Below are positions 40,914-53,401 of a DNA stretch of 64,000 nucleotides, one piece after another. Origin of the DNA: Lingula anatina. Lineage: Eukaryota; Animalia; Brachiopoda. The first letter of the stretch is position 1. Every line of letters starts with the position of its first letter. The stretch lies in the NCBI GenBank assembly GCA_051362555.1, contig CM120646.1, positions 17,360,001 to 17,424,000 on the forward strand. Direction: 5' to 3'. Below the pieces are notes generated by a model. That model was not told the origin of the DNA, made no database searches, and saw only the letters and a program-made list of their open reading frames with translations. The position numbers and the translations under genes were made by a program.

Positions 40914-43297
40914 TTATTCTGCAGCAGCACCTTCCACTTCCCCCATGTCGCTTTCCACCTTGACAAAATTTTTCAACAAATTCTGAAGCTCTTCCAGCAA
41001 AGGTTCACAAAGTTTTCGATACCCTTTTTGTGTAAAATGAAGATAATCGTACATGTCCTGTCTTGATATAGACCCATCAGCAGGGTTAAGGAAAATCCCA
41101 GGGTCCACATTGAGAAACTGGGTGTTCACCAGACTGGAAAGTTTCTCTGCAAGAGCTGTGTTTATAGTGGCAATTTTCTCTCGCAGGGGATTATGGTGCT
41201 GGCCCCTTGGTGGTATACCCTATATGAAATATAAGATACGGAAACTTGTTTGTAGCTTTCTAAAAAGATTTGAAAGTGAAAGCAACAGAGTTCATGAAAA
41301 ATACCCCTTTACGCAACATAAGTCGTAATTATGTAAAAAATTATAATAAATAAAAATAAATTAGGATTTTAGATCTCTTACCATAACTATTAATTGAGCT
41401 TGTGGTTGCTTGTCTCTAATACATTTGACTATTTCTAGGATGCCTTCTGTCACCTGGTCAGCTGTGTGGCCATGGTTGTTTGTTCCTACCAGTAATACTA
41501 TTATCTGAAATCACAGTGGGAATAGTATTTACTTTATAGAAATCTTCCGGATGAAACAAAATCACTCCATTCTGCTCAATTCCTTCACCCCAAATCAACG
41601 CAATAATATTTGACTATGACTGGAAAATTCTGGGAGGTATCAGAGTTAAGTCTCATACAGAATTATTCTTTTCCTTCAAATTTTACTAACTCACAATTTA
41701 TGTGCAATTTGTTAAAAATTTATAAAATATTACAAATGAGGTATTCTACATTTTTGAAAATAAACTGTGCTCACTTTAGGATTAATATTGTCCAATTCTC
41801 CGTGTTGCAGCCTCCACAGTACATGCTGTGTCTGGTCAGCACCAATGCCAAAGTTGAGACAGTGAAGGGGAACAAACATCTTTTCCCACATCTACAAATG
41901 TTACAGATATCGCTGAACTTTTTGTGAACTTGAACACTGAGAACTGTTAATATATTCAAACTGACCAACAGTATGCACACTTATTTATGACATTTTTAGC
42001 ATTTCAAGCTAATGTGCATTATTACAAAAGTTCATGAAAAATACAATGAAAAGATGGATAGATGATAAAAAACACATATTAATGGATGCACATGTATATA
42101 ACAAAGAAGCAAATATATCATTCTCTGTAAGCTGTGGTAGAGTTGAAATGTGTTAGATGTGACAAAATAATGCTTGGGTAAATTTTACATTGCTAGTGTT
42201 TGGCATTTTATGTCCATTTAATTTTCTGAGCAGATAAAACAGATTAAACAATTAAAGGTTTTGCACACACATACACACACAAAAATGATCATTCTATTCC
42301 ATGATTGGCATTTTTTAAAGGTCACTGACTCCATAACAAAAATTAAGTAATAATCCCCATTTTCATAGTACTAAAAAGTGACTTTAAATGTAACCTTCTC
42401 TTCTTGCTCCTCTTTATTTTATATTTGAACGTTTTATTTTTTTGCCAAATGGTGTCTTCAATGGGTCCATAATCAAAATCTGACAGAAATGTGCAGTCCT
42501 TTTGTTACCTCAGTATTTCCAAGCTGCTGGATCAAGGAGTCCCCAATCATCAGCACATCTGGTTCTCTGTCTTTGGTCTCAGTTTTGAAACGGTTGTGCT
42601 GAAAACAACAGCTTATATATAAGTTAACTAAAACTTATACTATAGAACTGCTGAAGTATGCAATATCTCAGTCATATAAATAAATTGATTATATATTTAT
42701 GTATACATTTTCCTTTGCAGTAACATTTGAATGTTTTTACATATATATTTGATAAGGCCAATTTAAATTACACATTCAGGTGAAGATTGAATAGTGTTGT
42801 GTACCCTGTAAATTGTCACAATTTTACATAGTCTACGATCATGATGAAAAAAGAAAATTCACTATTAGTATTTCATAAATGGGTAATTTTTTATGAATAT
42901 TCCACTTGCATTTCTTGTTTTGTATTTTTTAATATGCTGCAGAATACTCTTATAAATAATGAATAAATTACCCCACTTAGAATCCCAGTACCCGTACTCA
43001 AAGATTTATACGGGTAAGGAATATAATTGCATAAAAACTGTTCATTTACAAAGCACAGCTAAGAACAGAGTAGAGTGGGTATCTAAATATGCACTGAAAA
43101 ATGATATAAATTATCATTCCAATGCCCTGAATTTGATATTCATAAACTATGCTTGGGTCTAGGGCATGTAACAGCAAGCTGCAAGAGAGGCCTATATTAC
43201 ACGTGTCCCGCCCTTTTCCTTCGGAACTTACCAAACTCATCCATCGTCCATCACCGTGCGTGTCTTCAACTGGTACTGCGACTGCTGCGGGATTCAT
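40914..43297 (-). CDS. PAFAH1B2: Platelet-activating factor acetylhydrolase IB alpha subunit (PAFAH1B2/B3 co-orthologue), 233 aa
   Basis: Five phase-0 GT-AG exons (43297-43232, 42598-42509, 41891-41775, 41504-41382, 41219-40914) total 702 nt. SGNH hydrolase motifs GDS(L), LNFGIG.D.T, VGTNN and DYLH are present, as is the family N-terminus NPAA...D..GDGRWMS.HNRF. Confidence 0.96.
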
Positions 43298-43339
43298 CAC
43301 TGCCGCTGACAGTCTATATTATTTCCAGAATATGGTATT

Positions 43340-43625
43340 TTATCTTTGCAATCTTTTTCTTTTTTCTTCTCGACAAACCGGAAGCGGTACACTGTACACG
43401 TTGCGGCTGCGCATAAAACCCGCTTACAGCTTTAAAATATGTTGACTGTCAACTCGCTTAATGTATCCCTAAATAATACAGATAAAATTCTTCTAATGGC
43501 TCATTTGACCAAAGTAAAATCCAATGTCTTTGTAGATTATTTCAATAAATGGATATTATTTTTGGTAGCTTAAGCGATAAGCGCAGAAAATATGCGCAAT
43601 CAGCAATTGTTTTTCTCAGGTAAGT
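43340..43625. promoter_or_regulatory. Probable shared (bidirectional) promoter zone of PAFAH1B and EI24
   Basis: CpG-containing patch with an ETS site CCGGAAGC at ~43378, just upstream of the PAFAH1B ATG. A perfect + strand donor CAG|GTAAGT at 43619/43620 could close a non-coding EI24 exon 1. Confidence 0.45.
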
Positions 43626-43785
43626 CCGATAGTGAATTTTAGTAAAATCGAGGAGTATTTGATTATATAAATTTGGTATTTTAGGCTGAGGCATATCACC
43701 CACACGCATAGACTCTTGATAATCTTGACGATACGTTGTCAAATAAATGATACAAAAATGTTAATTATTCTTATATTATCCCAAG

Positions 43786-43831
43786 CAGAGTTGAGGTTTT
43801 CCATTCAATTGAATGGAAAACCTCAACTCTG
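43786..43831. repeat. Perfect 46-bp spacerless palindrome
   Basis: CAGAGTTGAGGTTTTCCATTCAA|TTGAATGGAAAACCTCAACTCTG; the two halves are exact reverse complements. Confidence 0.95.
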
Positions 43832-43839
43832 TTATTAAC

Positions 43840-45495
43840 GGGTACCGGAGAAGATCAGCATTGGTCAGAATTGTGCCGGAAGTGACGTGCAGTGGTGTTA
43901 GAAACGAAGCTGAGTGGTCATTTTAACATAGAGGTGAACGGCAGTGGAGACGGGTTGTCGGAGGAAAAAGAAGTTTTCTAAACAACATGGTAAGATAACT
44001 CTCCTTTTTTACGCATTTTGGGCAGAGAATACTTGTAGAAATAATAGACGCATGATATGAAAACGTGACACGGAACTTGAAGGTGCAAAATCGTGCTTAA
44101 TTTGCGGTCAACTTGTTTAGAAATAAATGCTGCGTCGACCGCCAGCGCGACAAAAAGCGTAAAGGGGAAATAGTTCCCGGGAGTCTATAAATCGTTGTCA
44201 TGTGGAAATTTGGCATTAATATAATCCGATATGTCCATATCTAAGTATTTTTGGGTGTTTTATGGTATGGGCTGCAATTACAACGATGTTTTAGAGGTCT
44301 TGAAGGACCTTGTGAAAACCAGGAAGTAGTTCGTAACTAACAAGTGGAATGTACCGATCTCCGACTGCTGTGCACAGCTGTATCTTTTTTTCAATATATT
44401 GACGAAATTTTAGATCTTTGTATGTCCATCTGGCATGAAATTCCACACACATGATCACACTGATACACCTTTTACACTGGGGAAGGCGCTAATCAGTGAC
44501 AAATGCCAAGACAAAGGTGACAAATATACAATAAAGTGAAATGCATTCACAGGACAAATAAAACATTTCACTGACAAGATCTTCCCAAAAAGACGGAAAG
44601 AGAATTCAGGTGAGCTGACAGGTAATTAAGACTAGCTCAAAGTACTAATAATTGACATTGTTATGCAATACTCAGTTGGTAAAACGATTCTCACAGGTAG
44701 ATAAGATGTAACATGACCAATTTCTATAGGCTAATGATTGCCAGCCTGAGGAAAGTGATTGCCAGTCTCTTTTGTCAGTGATTTTTAACTCAGATAAGAG
44801 GCTGTCAGAATGTCACCTTTGTCTTGGCATTCGTCACTGATTTATGCCTACCCCAGTGTAAAAGGTGTTTCAGTGTGATCATGTGTGTGGAATTTCATGC
44901 CAGATGGACATATAAAGATCTAAAAATTCGTCAATATATTGAAAAAAAAAGATACAGCTGTGCACAGCAATCGGAGATCGGTACATTGCACTTGTTAGTT
45001 ACGAACTACTTCCTGGTTTTCACAAGGTCCTTCAAGACCTCTAAAACATCGTTGTAATTGCAGCCCATACCATAAAACACCCAAAAATACTTAGATATGG
45101 ACATATCGGATTATATTAATGCCAAATTTCCACATGACAACGATTTATAGACTCCCGGGAACTATTTCCCCTTTACGCTTTTTGTCGCGCTGGCGGTCGA
45201 CGCAGCATCTATTTCTAAACAAGTTGACCGCAAATTAAGCACGATTTTGCACCTTCAAGTTCCGTGTCACGTTTTCATATCATGCGTCTATTATTTCTAC
45301 AAGTATTCTCTGCCCAAAATGCGTAAAAAAGGAGAGTTATCTTACCATGTTGTTTAGAAAACTTCTTTTTCCTCCGACAACCCGTCTTCACTGCCGTTCA
45401 CCTCTATGTTAAAATGACCACTCAGCTTCGCTTCTAACACCACTGCACGTCACTTCCGGCACAATTCTGACCAATGCTGATCTTCTCCGGTTCCC
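43840..45495. repeat. Large inverted repeat / foldback element: arms ~43840-44522 and ~44811-45495, spacer ~290 bp
   Basis: The arms are reverse complements with about 15 differences over ~680 bp. The outer ends TTAA-CGGGTACCGGAG and CTCCGGTTCCCT-TTAT resemble decayed Kolobok termini. Confidence 0.95.
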
Positions 45496-46079
45496 TTTAT
45501 TACATTGCCGTCAACATTGCATTGCATTCTGGAATTTAGGAAAATGTAGAATAAAGTGATATAACGGTTAGCCATGCAGGTTAACAGTGTTGTGTGTGTG
45601 TACGTGCGTGCGTGCGTGAGAGAGAGAGAGAGAGAATTTTTAAAGTATGAAACCCAATCTTTGTACAACTATGTAAAAGTAAAGCATAAAAAATTCTATG
45701 TCACTTCCTAATCTTTTAAACACTCCATCACATTTCTTTATTTATTGGTATTTCAAAATATGTTTGAAAAAAATCATTGCTTGTTTTAATTCTTGTCTAT
45801 TACCAGACTTATTTTGATATGACATTTGTATGTGCATGTGTTTTTAAAAACATAACCAGTAGATTAGTGCTTATTTTATTTTATTTACGTTTTAGGAGTC
45901 CATTGTTGTGAAGATAAGTAAAGCACATGAAGGCACAACATACATAAAACAATGTGAAGAAGATCTCGGGAACACTGCTGTGACAATGTAGTATTACTTC
46001 CCCTAGAAAGTAGAACCTACTAAAGTAGCAAATGTACAATATTGTATTGTTTTCCTAAAAATACAGAAGCAGTAAAAAC

Positions 46080-49000
46080 ATGGCGGACAGTCTAAAAATA
46101 ATTTTTACTGGGGTTGGCCGAGGACTTAAGGATTCTGTTGTGGGAACATTTAAGATATACAACATTGATAAAGACCTTAGTGAAAAGAGCCAGCAGCAGC
46201 AGTCAGAGCAAAGAAGGACGGTGCTCAGTATGAGAAGAGAGGAAAGACAGAAAGCTGATCAGCTGACTGGAAAAGGAGAGCCTAAGAAAAACAGGTTAAC
46301 AATATTTGTTCAATGATATGCCCTGTTTATTTGAAAATAATAAGTTAATCAATATCTACCAAATAATCAGTCAAAATGATAACTATTGATATAAATGATG
46401 TTAACATAAATCTGTAAGATTTTTGCTGGAAATATCTTTTGGTGTGTGGAAATTTCTTCCTTTTTTTCTTGTAATGAATCTCTCTGACTGTTAGCCTAAA
46501 TTGTCTAATGAATTGCTTGTGGTAAGCAAATCATTATCTATGGAATTAACATAAAACAGCAATTTTTTAGATCACCTTTAGCTGTGCCATACTTAGAAAG
46601 AATAATCTCTTAAAGAAGTGACTGACTTCGTACATGGTGTAAAACAAGTAAGCAGTTGTCTCTTTTACCCTTCATGTGATAGAGTCATTGAGAGCATTCA
46701 CATCGAGAAGAGCCGAGGTCTAGCAAGGCCAAGACCTAAATATGGTAGACCTATATGAAAGGAAGACCACATAATCCTCCCTCTATTTTCAATGACATTC
46801 ATTGAGAGACCATTAAAGGATTATGCAGTCTTCCTTTCATGTAGGTCTGCCATATTTAGGCCTCGACCTTGCTAGACCTCGGTTCTTCTCGATGTGAATG
46901 CTCTCATTGTTTCCCTTTCTTTCAGTGAGCCTAGTGTGAGGAACAGAATATTAGTGTGCTGTGGTTGGAATGGTGGAGTCTTCGGGGTGAGTACACAGTT
47001 TCGTTTAAGCATGGGTAGTGAGTGCCTGAAACAACTTGATTAATCCATTCCCCAGGAATTTAGATGCTGATATGCAATTGGGTACCTTTATGTACAAAAT
47101 TTGGCACATAAATTCCTTTGCATCTTATTATTTAAATCTTGCTGGAATAAACATTGATGCGTTGCCTAAAGGTGAGTTATGAAGTTCAATTTTTCCATGG
47201 CATGGATTTTGATTGCACTTACTTGGCACTTCGATTATGTCCAATGTCAACTTAAAATTGAAGCCCTCATATTTCACTGGGCCTGGAGATATATGGTATC
47301 TAGAAATATAGGAATTTCTCACTCTCTATTTGGCATGAGAGATAAAAAATGTTTTCTACAAACAAGAATGTCTGATAAGAAGCAGAAAGAAAATAGGTTA
47401 ATAATGTCTTTGAAATAAGTTCATCTGTTTAGTGATCTTTTATAAGATCTTATACATATAACTTTCTTTTTTTAACAGAAGCCAACTTTTACTCACTGGA
47501 AATATTAAATGTCTTGGCCTTGGACACCTCTGTATATCAAATAAAAAAAAAAATGAAACGTGAAAAGGGAAGATATACCTTTTAGTACTGCAACAACAAT
47601 ACCAAGAGAGGGTCCTAGCTTTACTCGTTATGTAGTGTGACATGGTGCTGCAATTGACTGATGAAGGTGTCCAATGGGCATTGAAATATGTCAAGGAAGT
47701 AAAAGTAAATGTTTGTGAAAATTTAAAAAATAAACTATGAATTTTATATAGGCATTCAATTCAACTCACATGTTAAATTTTCTTTTTTTTTTTATTTTCA
47801 GCTCAGTATTTATATGTTTAACAGAGCTGTACTTCCTTGTTTGCAGTTTTTGATTCATTATTTTACAGGTAAGAACTTTTGCTCTAGACTGGCATGCACA
47901 GAACAAGCCACTCATTTTGGCACTTTTTAATAAGATGTTCATTAATTGATAATTTCCAAGGGTGAAGTTGCTGCTATATATGTGGTACCACCCATGCCCA
48001 GTCCTAGCAGGGGCAGTGCAATTAAGACTGGGTTCCCACAGATTTAGATCGATCCATCTGGATCGACCTAACTCCCTGGGGGTTCACGCTAAATTGCTGT
48101 CAGCTTCTGGGAGCTGAGCTTGCAAGAAAGTTAATTACCCCCTGACACCTTTTAGTAGGCGGGGCAGACATTTAAACCATTTAAGCTGACAGCAATCTAG
48201 TGAGACTCCCCAGATGGATAGATCGATCTAAATATCTGTGGGAATGGTCTCTAAATCTTGGCACACTTTCAAGTCAGTTGCACCATATTTGATCCAGATA
48301 GAACAACTGGTTGTGAATTCTCTCTTATAGTCAGGTTATTGTGTTATCTGTCTTTCAAAGTGAGCTGGCACAAACTTTATTGCTAAAGTATACTGCTCAG
48401 CTAAAAGGGCCCAAGTTAAGTTACTGGCCATCAAAATCACAAGTAATAACATTTTTGGAAGTTTGCTGAAAGGTAGCTTAAAGTTCTTTGTTAGTATGAT
48501 TTTTGAAGTACTTTCTCATTTAATCATGTTGTTTTTGTGTGAATTAAATAGAAGTTGTTATATTTACATTGTTCATGATGTTTAGAGCATGTGCATATTT
48601 TCCAGGTGGAACTGCTGCCACTATCTGGCATTGGATGGGTCCTCTCTTGACATGGACATTCAGTGCCCTCTGGATCATACCAATTTTTATACTCAGCAAG
48701 ATTGTAAATGCTCTCTGGTTTCAGGTGTGTGTGCATGGTCTATTTATATATATATTATAAGCCTTTTTACTGACAAATCATCTAAAAGCTTCAAGTTTTC
48801 TGAGATAGGTATTACAATATGTATCCTGTGGTATGGCTTTTATTTTGGAAGTTTCATTTTCATAATTGTGTGAAGGAGGGTATGAAGTACTTTGATCATC
48901 AGTATGCATCATTTATAAAGTTTTGCCTATTTAATCAAGCAATATTCAGGAGGGTTTTTTTTTCGTTTTTTCATATTTTGAGATAGGGGTTTAAGGTAAG

Positions 49001-49937
49001 TATTGACACCCAATAGTAACTTTCTTCAAGAAATGGAAAAGGTTTTATGGCATAAAAGAACTTTTAGAAAGGGGAAAAATAACATACATTCTGTAAGAGT
49101 GAGGCTATTATTGGAGTCAATAGTTTTGTATGTTTGATGTTCACTGTTGCAGGATATAGCTGATGCAGCTTACAGGAAATCCCGTGGGAGACCTCTCCTG
49201 CCCAGCTTACAAATGCTGATAGCTGACCTGCTGTTTAGTATTATACTCGAGAGTGTTTTTCTAATACAGGTAACTCATAGCATGTTTATACCAGAAAAAT
49301 ATCATAAAGAAAAGTTGGTATTTTAATAATGTAAGGGAATTAGTACTGATATCTTTGAAAATGTTAATTACTAGTTAAGGATTGTCAGCACTGCAGTATT
49401 AGTGGCACCATTTTTGAATTTGTAAGTGCAGGTACCGTAATAGAATGTTGTATTCAACTATTTCATCTTAATCAAGTTTCAACTTTTCAATGTCTAAGTA
49501 CCATAAATGATTGCAATAATAGTTGCTTTAAAAAATCATGTGAGTCTTTGCATGTCTTTGCTCCATCTTTCTCAAGGGACAGTTGTTGTATCTGCCATTT
49601 GTCTTAATAATAATAATATTTTGTCTTTGATATCTGTAAAAAGCACTTTCTGTCGTTTCAGGGCATGCTGGCCAAAAGGCTACTGCCTATACCAGGGATA
49701 GGAGATCTAGTCAGTATACTTCACATGTGCCTCCTGTACTCACTCTATTCATTTGAATACAAGTGGTTCAACATGAGTAAGTATGGCAGTATTGAAGCAG
49801 ATGTTGTTTGATTGAAAAAGAAGGAAGAAAAAGACTGGGTTGTTTTTTAAATTTTTTTATCTCAGTGCTACTTGGTTTGGAAAAATATTTCGATGATGGT
49901 TTGAGTATATATGTATAAAATGAGGTTGGCATGGGAG

Positions 49938-49976
<39 letters not shown>

Positions 49977-51309
49977 TATTTTTGTCTATGCTTTCTGTTA
50001 GTAGAAAACCAAAAATATTGAAAGTGGTGTACATAATTCATTTCATGGGAAACTTTGTCAGTGATCACCGCTTTAAAAAATTGATAACATAAAATAATAG
50101 GTGTCGCGCAATAAAGGTGTTAATTAAAATTAAGCAGATTAATAAATACAAGGCAAAAAATATATAACCAACTGGTTGGGTTTTTAGGGCACTACATTGG
50201 TCTGATTTAATTTGCTTATGTTTCAGACTGGCCCCTTCAAAAGAGGGTGGCTTACATTGAGAACAATTGGCCTTACTTTGTGGGCTTTGGTCTTCCCTTG
50301 GCCATTATGACCTCTATGGCAGACTCCTTTGTCATAAGGTAAGTAGAATAAGCAACATATGAGAAAGCTCAGAGACCCATAAATTAGCCTGAAATATGAG
50401 AGCTGTCAGTATCACGAATTATCCTGAATAAGATAGTTCAGAAGCGCATAGATTTATTTGAAATAAGAGAGCTAAAAAAGAACTCTTAGGGCAGAGCAAT
50501 TTACCACACCCCAGTCTGTCACTGCCATCAACCTCTTTTTTCTCCTTGGACAATTAAGCTAAGTAATCTAATCAACCCGCCCCTGATTCAGTATACCTGA
50601 ATTTGAAAAAAAATTCAAAGGCTTAATATAAAAAACATGTTTCAAAGATTCAAATTTATACATACATCTTTTTTTTCAGTGGCTGTGTGTTCTCCCTATT
50701 TTTTCCACTATTTATTATCAGTGCCAATGAAGCTGGACATATCCATGAAATTCAGTAAGTCTTTCTTGAAATATACATGTAACATTTTGTGAATGTAGAC
50801 ACTGGTCTGAAAAATTAGTGAATCAAAATATTTTTGTCAGTAATTTTATTTTCTCTTGTGGAACCGAGTGCAATGATTTAAGTGGCATTAGTGACAATGA
50901 CAGTAAAGAATAAATTGCTAAAAAGGAGGTAAAACTTCATTTTTATGTATTTTGCATAATTGTCTTGAGATTTTAACTGGGGAGAAAACTGAAAAAAAAG
51001 GGTTAGAAAGTAGGCCCCCCAAAAGTAGGGGGCTTTTTAAAAAGTTGTCAAGGACTCCAAAAAGTTGCAGTAGCCTTTGTTGTATGAGTCCCAGTGAAAG
51101 TAACTAATAGACTTGAGAGTACTACAATATGAAACTTCTTGTATTTCAGTGATATGCCCCTAATGTTGTTCACCCCAGCAGCCAAGGTCACCAATCAGTT
51201 GTTTCCAAAATTATCCAGGAGAGCAACGCCCTCTAGCGGTCACACAACCCCATCTAGCGGCCATTCTACCCCTGCAGGGACACCCAAGAAGCAACTTCAT
51301 ATACGCTGA
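46080..51309 (+). CDS. EI24: Etoposide-induced protein 2.4 homologue (autophagy, ER membrane)
   Basis: Nine phase-consistent GT-AG exons: 46080-46294, 46926-46986, 47802-47868, 48606-48724, 49153-49269, 49662-49776, 50227-50338, 50680-50754, 51150-51309. Family motifs CCGWNGGVF, LSKIVNALWFQDIAD, LYSLYSFEYKWFN, IENNWPYFVGFGLPLA and FPLFIISANEA are present. Confidence 0.96.
46689..46906. mobile_element. Foldback MITE, Harbinger-like GAGCATTCACA termini, in an EI24 intron
   Basis: ~90-bp arms TGAGAGCATTCACATCGAGAAG ... CTTCTCGATGTGAATGCTCTCA. Confidence 0.85.
48026..48251. mobile_element. MITE family A, copy 2
   Basis: Homologous to 133-341 in the opposite orientation, with TAA flanks. Confidence 0.85.
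49938..49975. repeat. (TAA)n microsatellite
   Basis: Read directly. Confidence 0.9.
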
Positions 51310-53401
51310 CTTTATAGGATGTTAGGTCCACTGTCACCGACCAACTGTCATTTTACTCAAGTTATGCATTAATATAAACTGTGAAATTGAAACAGGATGT
51401 TTGATCGGACTTTTGACTCACATATCACTATAGAATGATAACTTGAGCAGTTTGTAGAAGGTTAAAGATTAACTACATTTATGCAGTGTGGTTTTGATTA
51501 AAATTACTGACTGCATTCAAAGATAGACCCACTTAGTATTACTAAAGATATGCCAACACATAATGCTCAAGTTTAAGTGTAAAGTGAATTCTTTGATATA
51601 TTGCATACCCAGATAACTGTAATGGTTTAAAATATAGTAAACATTTGTGCAGCACAAGTTCAGTTTAATTTGATGCTGATGAGAATGCTATGATTTGTTT
51701 TCCTTTTTTTTTTCGCACTGGTGCTGCATTTATAACAAAAATTGTAAATAGTTATCAAAGCTTGTCCATGTTAAAGTCAGGAAGACTTTAATATATTTAA
51801 GCATATCTTTGCAACAGAGAAATAAAAGTCTTATAATTGTTTGACTGGCTATTCTGATAGATATTTTGTATAAAAATACTCCCAGTTTAGGCAGAATATC
51901 TTGTCCATTGATAGGTAACTACAAATGTAGCTTGTTCTAAATAAGAGGTTTAACTGGTATATTCTGTCATTCCAAATGTTGCAAACAGATTCCATCTTTG
52001 GTAGATTACTTCAGTTCAGCATTCAGGATAAAAAGAGTCCAGTTGGGGAAGCTTCTTATTTTGATCTTTTTGTGTCAATTTGTCATCCGATATGAAAGGT
52101 TACTTGGGAGGAGTTATGACGGCGCCGTTATTTTTTTTCTTAGAAAGATGCAACCTTGGAGTGACGACACAGTGATATTTGCTCCTGAGTTGTTAGAAGA
52201 TATGAATGTTTAAATCATTTCCCTGTTAAGAATTGTGCTTGCGACTTCCCATGCTAAAAAAAAAAAATGAAATGAGATGTTTTATTCCGCGTTTACTACC
52301 AACGTGCATGAGGCGAAACATTTACTTCGGCGAAGAGTTTTTCTTTTTTTTTTTTTGTAACACTGCTTGTTTTTCACATATTTTTACCAGCGATCGAAAC
52401 ACGAAAATTGAATATCAAAATGACAGATTGACATTTCTTCGGATGAAAATTGGATGAAATTTGTGGTCTTCTCCGTACTTTACACCTCTGATAGATTTGA
52501 TCTGTGATGGGAGTATTTTATTTTCGTCTAGGCAAGACAACCTGACATCCTTACATAAGGATATTTTCTTGAAAACAATAAATGAATTGTTGACTGGGTC
52601 AAATTTTCCTTTAACCCTTCTAGCTTTGACTGCGGGAAATGTTATGATACAATTTTAGATGTAATTTGTGCTCAGCTCATATCTTGCATCAAGCTACTAG
52701 TATATTGTCGCCGATCATCATTTAGATTTCAATCTCTTATGATAAGGATATCAGCTCCCTACTTGACCTACCACGTCTTGTCCACCATGTAGCCGTCTGT
52801 CTGTTCGACGACGATCCTAGCTAAGATTACAGTAATTTCAAACTGATGGACAAGTATTCTGCTCTTGCGTTGTACTTTGTTATAATATGGGATTTGTTAA
52901 ATTACCCCCCCCCCCCAAAAAAAAAAAAAAAAAAAAAAAAAATAGAAGATGAGTAAGAAGAAAAGAAAAGAAAGTTGCTGCCCAGTTTTTCAAACCCAGA
53001 TCGGCCCTAGTAAGAACTAAGTGATATGTGTAAACAGCTATTAAATACACGTAATAAATATCTATGCTCCCAATCAATACCGCTGACATTTCCTTATCAG
53101 TTCGCTTCCGTGTAGGGAATCATTAAGGTCTGATGTCATTAGGGGAGGCTCGTGCCTAAAGTGTCCAGTTTGCTAGGCGGCACAAACGCGACTAGAAAGT
53201 TCAGCCAGATGATCATCGTGAAGAATTATGTACGAGAAACGGCCTTGATTTTGTAGTAAAAACATTTGACTGACTGAACTAAAGGGGAACCCAGTCCCGA
53301 CTTTGTTTCAACCAACGGGCAGCAGGCGTTTCGTTTTCATCATCCTTCAGCGCTCCTGACGTACAGTGACTACAGCGGTGACTACGTCCCGGAGAGATAA
53401 A

